Shown: positions 24,619 to 37,126 of the stretch, piece after piece
Position numbering within the stretch: position 1 is the stretch's first letter
Layout of the letters: each line of letters opens with the position of its first letter
Origin: Podarcis liolepis
Taxonomy: Eukaryota
DNA length: 64,000 nucleotides
Direction: 5' to 3' (one strand)
Assembly (NCBI GenBank): GCA_965112155.1
Contig: OZ218100.1
Position numbers and translations under genes: made by a program
The notes under the pieces: model-generated
The model's database searches: none
Told to the model about the DNA's origin: nothing
The model's input: only the letters and a program-made list of their open reading frames with translations

Positions 24619-27116
24619 TACAAAGCCAAATTTTAAATTTTTGTTGAGGGGACCCATATTTCAAGTTCCGAAGGGGGATTCCGATCATCTTCTTGCTACT
24701 GCGTTAATATCCAAATCAGTCCAAATAATGTTCATAATTCTATCCAGTGTTATCTTGCTGTTTCCACATCTCATCTTGTTCGTATATTTTTTCTTTTTTT
24801 CTTAATGATCTGATAATCTCCTTAAGCAGATAAACACCAATTAAAATCCTGTGTGAATTTTTCCGTTTGTCCAATCCTCATATCAAGATGGTTTCCATAT
24901 ATCATCGCTTTCATAAATAACATCGCTCTTTCAATCATTAATCTCGCAAATCTGTCGCTCTTAAGTCCCTCTGAGGAGTCTCACCCACAATATAAAAACA
25001 GCTCTGTTCCTCCTCCCAGACTTAATTCCTCCAACAGAACTTGCCAACATGGCGACGGTATTTTTAACTGTGTCATTCCAAAGCTCTTATACTTTCCACG
25101 ATCTTCTTGAAACATGCTTTGGTTAGGAAATTATCTCCACACAGTCATAAATCCACAGCTTAAGTCATTAAAATGGCATTTCTGACTGGGGGGGGGGATT
25201 CTTGGTTAATCACATAGAGGAAAGAAAGGAAAGTTTTCCCCCCTCCCCCATCCACTCCCTTTGCCATACCGAGCCTTGGTGATCTTCTCATGATTTATTC
25301 TTATTTCTCCGACCCGTCTTGTTTATCAGAGATCTCTTCAGTTAGCAGTCTTTACTCCCCCTCCTTCCTTGAAATATGTGCATTCACTTCCTCCTAATTG
25401 TTTCTTTTGAAGTTGTTGCAGCTAGAGGCGCGGATCAGAGACAGCGTCCAGGAGCATGGAGATCCACAGGAGGGCTTTCTGCCTAGTGCCCCCATCCCCA
25501 CAAATTCGGGGGTGGTGTAGGGTACAGCAGGCAAGGGCAGCCCCCCCAACTTTGGGGGGGGTAGGGAGGCTATTTACTCCCATCACAGCCTCCTAATTAC
25601 CTCGTGTGGGTCGGAGAGATGTTATTGTCAGCCATCTTCCGATGAGCCCCTAGTGGCCCCTCCTGAAGCAAAGTTCTTAACAAAGTCCTATCGCCAGCTG
25701 GTTACACAAAAGCCACCCCTCTGAATTATATCACCAGCAGGTTTTTTTAAGACCAGAAACATTGAAAGCCATGATAGGTGTGCACAAGTCATTTGAAACA
25801 CTCAAAGTGACATTCTGGATAATAGCCCAAGTCTGTTTTGAATTTAAGGTAAGTTTAAAACACATTACACAGAAAGAAAATTAGCAATCCATTTTAAATG
25901 GTGTGAACTTGTATTCTGTTAAGAACTTATCATATTGAGAATTCATTATGAATCTGAAAAACTTTCCTAGCTTTCCCTTACTTTCACATGTACTGAGAAA
26001 GAGATGGATGTGTCTGAATCTAAGCTCCATGTGTTACAACTTGCTCATCTACTTTACTGTTATAATTTTAAAACTTGGTAGGTTCAATTTTTATTTTTCC
26101 ACCAAAGTTCTTCTGAGATCCTGTAGTTTCCATGGTACAAAAGACAAACACAGCATAATTGCATGGTTATTTACATGAACAAGTAGGCATGCTTGCAAAT
26201 GTAATTGTTCAGCATTTAATGTGTATTCCTGAGAGTGAGAAGTAAAAAGGTGCATCCACCATTTTCATCACTTTGTTTTTCTTTTTCCAAAATGCACTCT
26301 TTTTCTATGTTAATTTTTTTTGTAACTGAAAACGTTTTCAGGAAAAAAAGATCCACATATTGTTAACCTTATGGGTAAAAGCACAATTTTCTTTCATGTA
26401 GCCCATCACAATTAGTATTCTGAACCCATTTTTTTCTTTCTCCCATGATTAAATAGCAATAAATACAAATTGCCATGCTATGTTTGCAACAAATTTAAAT
26501 CTGAGTAAGAGCCACAGTTTTTATTTCATTTTTAAATTTTTGGAGAGTCACCATAAAGCAGTTCATGTCTTACTTCCCTTTTTCTTCTTGGATTGACCTT
26601 AAAAGAGCTTTTCTGACAATCAATTCAAAAAATATACAGCTGTTCTTATTCCACATAATAATCATTTCTCTTTTAAATGTTATCTGAAACTGATTTTATC
26701 TGATGCTTTGCTTTTATACCTGTTGTGTTTTAACTTTTTTCATTTTACTGTTGATTGTTTGGACTTAATTTTTACTGCTTAGCCACCCTGATAGCATTCA
26801 TTTTTAAGGCTAGAACATAAATCTTTTAATATAAAACTCCTTCAGTTTCCCAGATACTACATTTCCCTGCCCGTAAACCAACTATTTCCCCATTGATTAG
26901 GGATAGTCCCATGGTCTGACAGCACCTTTTCCATCTCCCCTGTTCATGAGACTTTTGTTTGGCTTATATTCCACACTCTTTGGGGCCTACCTCGCAGAAA
27001 CGGCAGATGGAGATAAAACTGTAAAACTTTGGACTATAGTTTAGAACGCACAAGTACAAATATAAAAGCATTTCTCTGCACATACAAAACTGGTATACAA
27101 TGCCAAGCAATAGTTA

Positions 27117-28240
27117 ATTTTTATTAACCGATCAATCACGTCAAATCAAACAAAATTACATAAATTCCAAATTACACAGCCGAATTTTAAATTTTTGTTG
27201 GGGGTACCCATATTTCAAATTCCGAAGGGGATCCAATCAACTTCTTGCTTCTTGCTGCTGTTTTAATGTCCACAAATCTAACCATATGATGTTCACAGTA
27301 CTGTCCAGTCCTTTCTTATCGTTTTTCCACATCTTTTGTTGTTATTTTCATATGTTTTTCCTTTCTCTTTGTGACCTCTGATAGTTCCACAAGCTGGTTA
27401 AAACAGTTTGTAATCCTGCGTGGATATTATTTTTTTTATCCAGTAGCCATATCCAGACGTTTTCCATATAACATCACTTCCATACATCAAAACAGTCTTA
27501 GCGTCATTAATCTTCACCAATCTGCCTCCTTTCTCAAAACCTCTGAGGAGATTCACCAGGAATGCAGTCTGAAAACAAGTCCGTTCCTCCTCCCGGCTAT
27601 AAATCCTTTAGCAAGATGGCGACTCTGAATTAATTGCTGCGCCATTCCAAAAGCTCTTATTGCTTCTCGATCTCCATAAAGCATACTTTTGGTTAAAGTT
27701 TATCTCCACACAGACCTTAATCATCCTGCTTGGGTCAGTGCAACCGACAGTTCTAATGAGGAGGGGTTCTTAGTAAATCACATAAAAGGAAAGTAAAAAA
27801 GGTCTCCCCCCCCATTCAGTCCCGTTGCCGACATACCCAGCCTTTGGTGTATCTTCATCGTAAAATATTCCTGTTTCTCCAACCCGTCGTCTTCTTTCGC
27901 AGAGGTCACTTAAATTAGCAGACTTCACTCCCCTTCTTCACTTGAAATATGTGCATTTGCTTCTTTTGTAATTAATTATTCCAAAATGCTGCAGCTAGTT
28001 CGTGATCAGAGACAGTGTCCAGGAGAGCCGAGGTCCACACGGGAGCATTCTGCCTAGTGCCCTCACCCCCTTCTTTCGAATTTGTGGGTGATTTATGGGC
28101 ACAGCAGACAAGGGCAGTGTTCCCCATTCCCTTGGGGCAACAAGGGAGGCTGCCTACTCCCATAACAGCCTCTTAATTACCCCGTGTGGGCCAGAGAGAT
28201 GGTATCGTCGGCCATCTTCCAATGCGCCCCTAGTGGCCCC
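27117..28240 (-). mobile_element. Non-coding L1-dependent retroposon, copy 2 (1,124 bp)
   Basis: TSD caatagtta (27108-27116, 28241-28249). 5' end GGGGCCACTAGGGGCGCATTGGAAGATGGCCGAC, AATAAA at the 3' end (27120-27125). No long ORF. Confidence 0.85.
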
Positions 28241-28896
28241 CAATAGTTAGTGATTCTTTATACTACTCAAATACTTATCTATTGCTTGTAACAATAACAT
28301 TCAAATACTTGTATCTTTTTCTTGGTATTTGTTTGGACTCCATGGTACACTGGCATATAATTTACTATCTCCTAACCTTTATAGGAATTGTAACTCTCAT
28401 TTTATATCTTTATCAGGAATACAGCCATTGGTGAATGTGTATTCCATACTTAAAAGAAATCCATTTGTTGTAGCTGACCTTCTATAGCAGTGTTTACACA
28501 TTATATATTCCTATGTTATTGCTTTGCTCATGTTTCTCTAATGCAGTTCAGTCTCCTTTCTATGTATACTGTGTTTGGTTGTGCCCTCCTATCACCTTTA
28601 CGTTAGCTACAAATCTGAATTACAGTTTCCTTCTGCCCAGAGTCCTTGAGGATCTCAGGAAAGAACAGCCACATAGTGTTAGGAACAAGTTTTTAAAACA
28701 AGATGAAAATTCACAATCCCACAGGGAATTAATCTCTACATACATTATCACTATATTATGAATTACTTACATTACTGTTGCTCTGTCCCATTATCTTTCA
28801 TAATAAATAAAAACATTTCCTAAATTTAGGAAATGAAGGGCTGTATGGGTGACCTCTATGATTTGGATAATCACCACTGTGTACATTTCTGCACTA

Positions 28897-29306
28897 CAGG
28901 CAATCCCCATTTACATGGGGGTTATGTTCCAAGGCACCACACGTTTAAATGAAATTGCGTATATTTGAAACACCAGTGTAAAAGCCTGTAAACACCATCT
29001 AAACCTCTGGAAACCCCTAAAAAGCCAGCAGCACTTACCAGATGCCAAACCCTGCCAAACTCCACCACAATTGCTCCCTCCAAACCTCCTTATTCCAACT
29101 CCAACTCTCCAAAGGCCTCAACAGTTGGTGCAAGGCTTGTGGGATTATACTTGCAAAGGCTCATGGGATTGTTTTTGTGCCTTTTTGCCCTTTCTGGGCT
29201 CCCTTAGGGCCGTTTTTCCCATTTGTAAAGTCACTTCCAGGTTAAGCGCAACGCATAGGTGCGTAGTTGCATGTCAACTGGATGTGCATAAGTTGGTTGT
29301 TGCCTG
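28897..29306. mobile_element. Older Tigger-like MITE
   Basis: TA-CAGGCAA...TTGCCTG-TA termini with a degenerate longer TIR. Confidence 0.65.
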
Positions 29307-29591
29307 TAATTGTGATTGCTCTTCACAGTGACCCTGTGCTCCTCCCCACCTGGAGGCATCAGTTCATACAATCAATATTTCCATGTTCATTGTAAATCTA
29401 TGTGACCATCAGCAGCTTTATGCACTCCTGGAGAGGATCATGTGAGACTTGCCTAAACCAACCCTAAGATGAAACTGATCATGATCTTTTGTCCTCACAT
29501 ATAAGTTGAAGTATGTACAAGCCTTTTGGCTGCACATGCCTCTCCTTTCCTCCTCCCTCCAGGTGTGAGAGAAAACAGCAAGCACAGTTGT

Positions 29592-29842
29592 AAGGTCACC
29601 AGTTCAAATCCACGCAACAGGGTCCTAGCTCCTGCCAACCTAGCAGTTTGAAAGCATACCAGTGCAAGTAGATAAAGAGGTACCACTGCAGTGGAAAGAA
29701 GCAGTCATGCTGGCCACCTGATCTGGAAAAGCTGTCTGCGGACAAATGCCAGCTCCCTCAGCCTGAAAGTGGAGATTAGTGCAGCACCCCATAATCAAAT
29801 TCGACTGGACTTAACCGTCCGGGGGTCCTTTACCTTTACCTT
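29592..29842 (+). mobile_element. Sauria SINE, 5'-truncated
   Basis: ctcctgccaacctagcagtttgaaagca...gtgcaagtagataaa...gtcatgctggccac...ggggtcctttacctttacctt (ACCTTT tail). Confidence 0.88.
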
Positions 29843-31489
29843 ACAGGACCAGCTTTTAATTTAATCATACACATCTAATCTTTTTCCCTTTTCCACTTTC
29901 CCTTCTCTTTCTTAAAAAATGCAAAACACGGAAAATATTGCAACATCATTTGTGCAATGCAGAAGTCAAGGCATGACTTGACATTGCCACCTCAGTGTCA
30001 CCTCAGACATAAAGAGGAGTGCCACCCTTTGCCGATTTCACTCCTTGACAGCTTTATGGAAGCAAGTGTCACTCTCTAACCCAGATTTCTCCAAACTGTC
30101 ACTCTGCAAGTGTTGGGACTGCAACTCCTATCAGCTATGCTGGCTAAGACTGATGGGAATTGTAGTCCAAAACATCTCAGGGCATGAGTTTGGAAAATGT
30201 AGTTCTAAGTTTCCCTCCCTACCACCTTCTAGGCATAGAAGCAACACATTTTTTGTTTTAAATTGGTGAAGGATGATTGAGATGATTTTGATAATATTCT
30301 TCCTGCTTATTCAGATATAGCCATGGGATAGTGAAGCTTTCTGTCAACCACTGAAACCCTACCTGATTTCTTTTTTTAAAAAATTAGGTCAGCAAGCCTT
30401 TGTGAGGTCAGCACTTGCTTTTGCTGTTATATCGCTTCCTATTAAGAATACAGGTTTATGGGTCCCATCCCCCCAATGTGGATGGATTGCTTTCTTTTCC
30501 CTCTCCCTTTCACGACTACTTATCATCATACCAGCAACTACTGAAGAATTCCTGGCCTACCACCAGAGATTCAGGCATGTGAGTTTATGTGAGGAGAGAT
30601 GAAACCAGGTCTGTGCTACAGATGAAAGCTCACAGCAAGTCTAAATCCTTCTTAGTGATACCAATGAATGCAACCACAGGAGCCATCTCAAATGGACTCA
30701 AATACTGTTCTCTCCCTTTTACATTTCCTTTATGTTAGTTATATATATTTTTTTCTTATAGACACAGCCCCTCTGCCCCTGGTGCTTGGTAGTAACCCTA
30801 CTGCCTTTGCTTTTTATTCTGATCTTGACCCAGGGTTAAGGGAAACTGTGATAAGACTTTAAAGCCCAGTAAACTCAGCATACTGTACATCTTTAGCAAA
30901 CAGACTGATTTCATCCTTCCACCTGTATTTTCTGAATCAAGTAGCTTTCTAAAGTGACTGCTACAAACAGGAAAGCATAGTGTCTGCATTCAGATGATTA
31001 TATCTCAGATTAATAAGCCAAGACAAAATACCCATTTCATCATTCAGATAGCAACTTTGCTCTTTACTTCACTCGTCAGCAAGGAAGTCTTCTGTCAACC
31101 ATAACTTCCCATTTTATTGAAATCAGGAACTATGGCTAATGACTTTGTAACAAGCCAGGATGTTAAGCTAAATTCAAACCATCTCTTAATATCCTAGCTT
31201 GTTCTGAAGCTGGAACTATAGTTTCTCTTTCATCTGAACTGGGAAACTATGATTAATAGAAGAACTCAGGGTTGGTTGGTTTGCTTGCTGTAAGCCCAAG
31301 AGGTTTGGTGGTTTAGACCACTGCACCACCCATGTCCAGCTAGGGATGAACAGATCAGCCTGTTTCAGGCCTGTCTCAGTTGTGCATGTGTTAATTCATA
31401 AGTCTGGTCTCTTCAATTTCTGCATTAATTTGTGTAATTTTTTAGAACTATATGAACTATATGAAAATTCACACTCAAAAAACACAGTC

Positions 31490-31621
31490 CCCACTCTGCT
31501 CCGCGACGGTTTAGAGCAGCGCACGGGAGTCGACCGAGCGGGTGGCAGGGGTCCATAGGCTGATTAAATTATCCCCCATGGGTTGCTTGTGGCCCATGGG
31601 CCTTAGGTTGCTGACCCCTAC
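31490..31621. mobile_element. hAT-Charlie-like terminal fragment
   Basis: Ends ...gtggcccatgggccttaggttgctgaccccta and is CpG-rich. No matching opposite end or TSD found. Confidence 0.5.
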
Positions 31622-34134
31622 TGTAATCTCTTAAACTATATTATTATATTAGCACTGCACAGAAATTCTCCTGGTATTGAGTAGGAAGCTAAGCAATGAC
31701 GTGACTAACAATACAATTAAAGAGCCCTAATCAAGGTCAAGAAAGGTTACTACAGTCTTCATCATCCATGCTTTTTGCTCTCTGATTCTTAATGTGTAGA
31801 CTAAATGGATATGGTAATGTGACTGCTTATGCACATCCTTCACAAAATATAAGAAGTCCCAGAAATCTCAGCCATAATCCATATATTCATCTCTTTCCTT
31901 CTTTCCACTTCGTTATCACTTCTTCTCTTTACCATATTTATGCTGAAAATAAGCATCTAGTGGCTGTGTACATTAGCAACACTTGTGATTCAGGAATTAG
32001 CAGTGACTACTGGATCTGAAAGACCACCAGCAGACTTGCCCACAAGTTATCCCGCTGAGGTTAAATGAGATTGCCTATCTGTGTTAATGCTTGTGCATAT
32101 ATTTCAACTCTCTAGCTAAGAGACAAGCTTCCTGTGTTTTTGAACAGAAGTTTCAAAGCTGATGGTTAACAGGAATGCTCCAAAGCTATGTCATCTCTTT
32201 AGGGCGTTTCAGCTCCCCCACCCCCAAATCCATTAATAGCACATTGGTTGTTGTCAGAGTGTCTATTATGAGGCTCAGGCTGTGAAAGCTGTCTCACCAC
32301 CAGCAAGATATGACAGGACTGTAAGAGAGGGAGGAGAGGTAACCGGAGAGAGATATGTGCTGCCTTGGTGACAATTTCTGGGGGGAAAACAGAGATGGAT
32401 CAGTAAAAATTTCCATTAAATCAAGAAAAACACAACTTGCCCCTAACATCACCTCTGATGGCTTCCTAGACCAGCTGCTTTACAGACACCCTACTGGGGA
32501 ACAAATTGCTTTCCTGGCAGGACACTTGGACACTCCTGCATTAATAGATATGGATCCCAGCATGCCAAGCCAAGCAAGAAGGCAATTTAATATGAGCAAC
32601 ACTGTCATCTCAATTTAGGACAAACAGCTAGGATGCCCTACAGGGCATTGCAACAGCTTCTAGAAGTAGACAACATAAGACATTCTCGCTGTCTTAGGGC
32701 TATGCAAAGCTGGTGTTTCCAGTAAATAGCCAAACCAAGGAGAGTGGGAAAATGTAAAATGCAGAGCATTGTACTGTCTGCGAGCATCAGTTTCAATTCA
32801 CAGGGCTTTTGCTTGTGTACGACTGCAGCAAAGCTTGGAAGAAAGAACGGCAACAGCAACCACAGAAACAGGTGTAACACTAGGTGGCAGGCCTTTCATA
32901 TCCAGGTAGCAAGAAACAGTCACAGAGAGAAAAACCCAGAAAGCAGGGAAAGCTTTAGTAGTTCTCTCTAAGCAGCGCTACACATTACAGAGAACAGCAA
33001 TGACATGTGTGTGGGTGTGTAGCTTTTCAAAATGCATTATTCCCCCCCCCCCCCGCCCTGCAGCTAGCATCTTTTCCAGAATTAGCAGAAAAGGCTATTC
33101 CTAATCTACAGCTGCAAAAAGACAGGTGCTGCGATGCATCAGAGATTTACCGTGCCGATTTACTAAGTGATTTACAGGGTTGAGTTTTCACAGGCAGCAG
33201 ACCAATGACTTAATCAGATACACGGTCTCAGATATGTCACATTAGTTTTTATTAAAAGGATGAAGCCACTCTTTTTAAAATCAGGGTTATGCTGATGCAT
33301 GGCTCAAAACAACAGAGATCTATTCAACAGAAGATGAAATCACATGACTATCAGCCATAGGGTGGACATTTTCAAAGTTACTCAATGGTGGCTCAAATTG
33401 TATGGAAAGCAAATTTTTGCTACTCATATACATCTGCAAGATTGCCAACTCTCAAAATACCTAAAAACAAGATACCACAGTCTGTTTTTAGGAAGCCAGT
33501 AGAAGTTTGCATAATTAGAAAAATCAAGAGGTTGGAGGTGCTGGCTTTGGACACCAAGAATAATGGATGGGATCAACTTAGATAAGAAATCAGAAGGATG
33601 CCATAGAGAGAAAAAATTAGCAATAGCAGCTGGGACAAAAATAGTCAGGCCATACTTGGTACAGGAAAGGTTTTCCGACCAAGTGAGGCACCACATATGA
33701 CTCCCATGGCAAACCACAACGAAAATCCAGGCATTCAGAACATAACAGTTTGATCAGTACTAAGATGTCATTTGTTGGAAATCAATGTAGTTTTATCTTC
33801 CCTTGTTGAGCCTCTACCTCAGTTGCTAAATGTCTCAAGATCGGCATGTAGATTTGTTGAGTACTCAATATTTCTAAATATTATTTACTTTGCAATTAAT
33901 CACAGGCACCATGTTCAATGACAGCAGATAAAGAATGCTGTGTTAAAAGTGATTATAAAATAGTGCAATCTTAGGGCCCAGCTGGCTATGAAGAGGCCAG
34001 TTAGATATTTTATTCATATTCTGGCCCCATTCATGTAGAAAGGGAGGAGGAATTAATTTTTCACATTAAACGGGCATGTGGGTGAGGAGAACTAAGCCTT
34101 CCTATTACCTCCCTGATCTGAGTCATTTCAGTCA

Positions 34135-34365
34135 CTTTTTATTTATTTTAACAGGATTTATATACTGCCTAATTTAGAAAACTAAACTAAACACCACAAG
34201 CAGTTTAAAAACAAATAGACTTAATAAAATAATCAAATTCTAGATAAAATCAACAGGTTTAAAAACAAATATGCATAACACAATTACTAATCTGGGTAGG
34301 TTTGCCTAAACAGAAAAAAAATGGAAGAAGTATCAAAAGCAGTACAATATTAGAAGGCTGTTCCA
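34135..34365 (-). mobile_element. Degraded L2 LINE 3' end
   Basis: tttatttattttaacaggatttatatactgcct tail followed by an A-rich UTR and ctgggtaggtttgcctaaacagaaa. Confidence 0.5.
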
Positions 34366-35352
34366 GAGAACTGGTGTTGCAAATTAGGTAGGGTTGCTTA
34401 TGAATGCAAACTGAACCAAGTTTCTCCTCTATTTCTAACCAGATCCCCACCAGTCTCAGTTTTACCTGGGCAAATAAGTTAAAAAAAGAAACAAACGTGG
34501 CTGCTGCCATTATGTCTAGTTTGGAGACTGCAATAAGCTAGCTATTGACTTGTGAAGGAAGCTCAGCCTCACTTACAAATTAAACCCTATCCTGAAGACA
34601 GCCTTGATCAAGTCAGATCTGAAGTACGTTTCCCAAGTCGACAGAATAATAACCCCCTCCTTCTGTGAACTGCTTCAAAACAGATCTTCAGGACAATGCA
34701 TAACAAAAGGTGTAAACGCTATTGGGGGGAAATGATGGTTCAGATGAAGAATGATGACAGAGTCGTGACTGTAATAGCATGTTACTAAAACACTATGGTC
34801 CCCCTTTTACTGAAAGAACACTATACTAATAATAAAAGCTTCTACCGCAAAACACAAGATAAAATGCAGCCAAAAAACTGTGCTCTGCAAGAAGAGCCTC
34901 AGTAAAGGATTTTTTTGTATATTCTACCAACCCCCCCCCCAAAAAAACACACTCAATTGTTCTCCCCACACTGTTCTACAACATTTATCTTTCTCTGCAA
35001 TGAATCAGAGGAAGTCGATGGAAAGGTTAAACTGAGAAGCCATGAAAAAGTTTTCCTGAATACAAATACCAACAATTTCTCCACTTAAAAAAGTAATAAT
35101 TTGTATGTGTTGAAGGCAAGGCTGCTGTAAGGGGAGTTGGAGGAAAGAAGCCGTATGGGGGGGGGGGGGAGAGACAACAATCTATCTAAAACTACAGCCA
35201 CTAACCCCTATGGGTAATATTATTTTGGGAAGAAAACAAGTGATTGCCTTCATCCATGTGGTTCTTTGGGCACTGTTACCATAGCTGCGTTGGAAGACAA
35301 GTATGAGGAAGTGATTCTCATGCCACTTGTCAATAAGTGTGAATTCTTTCCT

Positions 35353-35355
<3 letters not shown>

Positions 35356-35402
<47 letters not shown>
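35356..35402. repeat. (TA)n microsatellite
   Basis: Direct reading; source of the IYIY ORFs. Confidence 0.96.
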
Positions 35403-35404
<2 letters not shown>

Positions 35405-36767
35405 CAAGCCTGTCTTGTCTTTTCTTTTCTTGGGTGATTATAGTTAAGGTGAGCTGAGAATACGTAGCAGGGGTGCTGGTCTATTCCTCTTTCAGCCTCA
35501 CAACAACACTTCAAAGCAAGTTAGGCTGTGACTGGCACATCACCCAGTGTGTGAACTTCATGAGTAAATTAAGATTTGAGCTGAGTATCCCCAGTCCTAA
35601 TCAGACACTCTTAATTCAGTTTCCCCTGAGTGTTTTGGACTACAACTTCCATCATCCATGACCAATGGTCATGGTAATATCCGATGGTAATATCATATTA
35701 ATATCATATGGGAGGAAGCTGCTCTAATCAATACACCATATTGACAATCTTCTAAAGATTAGTGTGTGGATTCATGCTGCAGGCTTAGATAATTGGTGCT
35801 TTAAGCTGTTACCTACTTTGCCACTAGAGTAACAACACTTCAAGGCACGCTAAAAAATCTCACAACAGAATTCCTGTTTGTTTTAAAAGATGACATTTTG
35901 ATTTCATTTACTGTGTGGACTGCTAAAAATTTATAGTGTGTTTGCCTGGAAACATTAAAGGAGGGAGATAAAGGAGGATGATTTAGAAAGTTTTTGTTAC
36001 CGAAAAGCAGCAATGCGGGAGCGAGCTGCAGGTGGCTGGAATGCAAAACAGGATGTTGATGTTTGGGACTGTACCATGGGAACAAAGGGGCAGTCTATTC
36101 ACTGTACTGAGCACCGGATGTTAGCTCAGAGTGTCATCTGACCTGTACAGGAAGTACAGGGGTGGAGTTAATCTCTCTGCTGTTGGAGTCTGAAGAGTGC
36201 AGACGCGTTTCTCTGTACTGCTGCAAGGACAGAAATAAAAACATGTAAATACATTTCTGTCTGTCTCTTTCCCCTCCCTGGGGGAGGCAGGGAGGAGGGA
36301 AGAGTGGTGTGTTCTTCTCACGCTTGAGGAGGAGAGACAGAGAGGGGGAGGTCAACAAGGAGCTTAAGCTGAGTGCCTGGAGAGTGACCGGTTTTCCTCT
36401 GATAAGGCTTAAGAATCCAACAGTTTTGAACCACTCCTTATGTACGGCCTTCCAAATTGTTGTGCTACCCACAGGAGTTTAGGACTGGGCACACCACTGT
36501 ATTAGTACAAAGATGCAAAAAAATTGTGAAGTATGTATTTTAATTTTCCTGTGTTTTATTGATTTCCAGATGTAACAGAACAAAGGAAACAACAATATTA
36601 CCAACCAAAGACTTTGGTTTTAAGGAAAAAATATGTAATGCTTAGAAGTGCATTTCTACTATATCAGTAGCTCAAGATCATGACTAAATAAACACGTGTG
36701 CCTTTAATGCCCTACTTTAAAACTTTCCAAGACCAAGGGGTCCACTTCTCCCAAGAGAAAAAAAAGC

Positions 36768-37126
36768 TAAAGGACCCCAGGATGGTTAAGTCCAGTCAAA
36801 GGTGACTATGGCTTTGCAGAGCTCGTCTCGCTTTCAGGCTGAGGGAGACGGCGTTTGTCTATGGACAGTTTTCCGGGTCATGTGACCAGCATGACTAAAC
36901 TGCTTCTGGTGCAACGGAACACCAGAGTACATGGAAACGTCATTTATCTTCCAGCTGCAGCGGTACCAATTTATCTACTTGCACTGGTGTGCTTTTGAAC
37001 TGCTAGGTTGGCAGGAGCTGGGACAGAGGAATGGGAGCTCACTCCGTTGCAGAGATGCGAACTGCTGACCTTCTGATCGGCAAGCCCCAAAGCTCAGTGA
37101 TTTATACCATAGCGCCTCCTGTGTCT
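36768..37126 (-). mobile_element. Sauria SINE, near full length
   Basis: Reverse complement matches the head and body at 1-136 and 29592-29842. Confidence 0.9.

Larger units (their letters stand above)
23299..25660 (-). mobile_element. Non-coding L1-dependent retroposon, copy 1 (~1,127 bp after removing the nested MITE)
   Basis: 18-bp TSD tcctgaagcaaagttctt (23281-23298, 25661-25678). 5' end GGGGCCACTAGGGGCTCATCGGAAGATGGCTGAC, 3' AATAAA plus A-rich tail. Colinear with 27117-28240. Confidence 0.85.

Noticed and set aside
23417-24647. ORFs of 113-157 aa as a possible transposase
   Set aside because: No DDE/D or HTH motifs. The element is non-autonomous.
28224-28240. CTCF-like motif GGCCACTAGGGGCGC at the retroposon 5' end (also ~25645-25660)
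   Set aside because: It has four Gs where the core CCACYAGRKGGCR needs five positions, so the conserved GGC is out of register. Not called without a PWM score.
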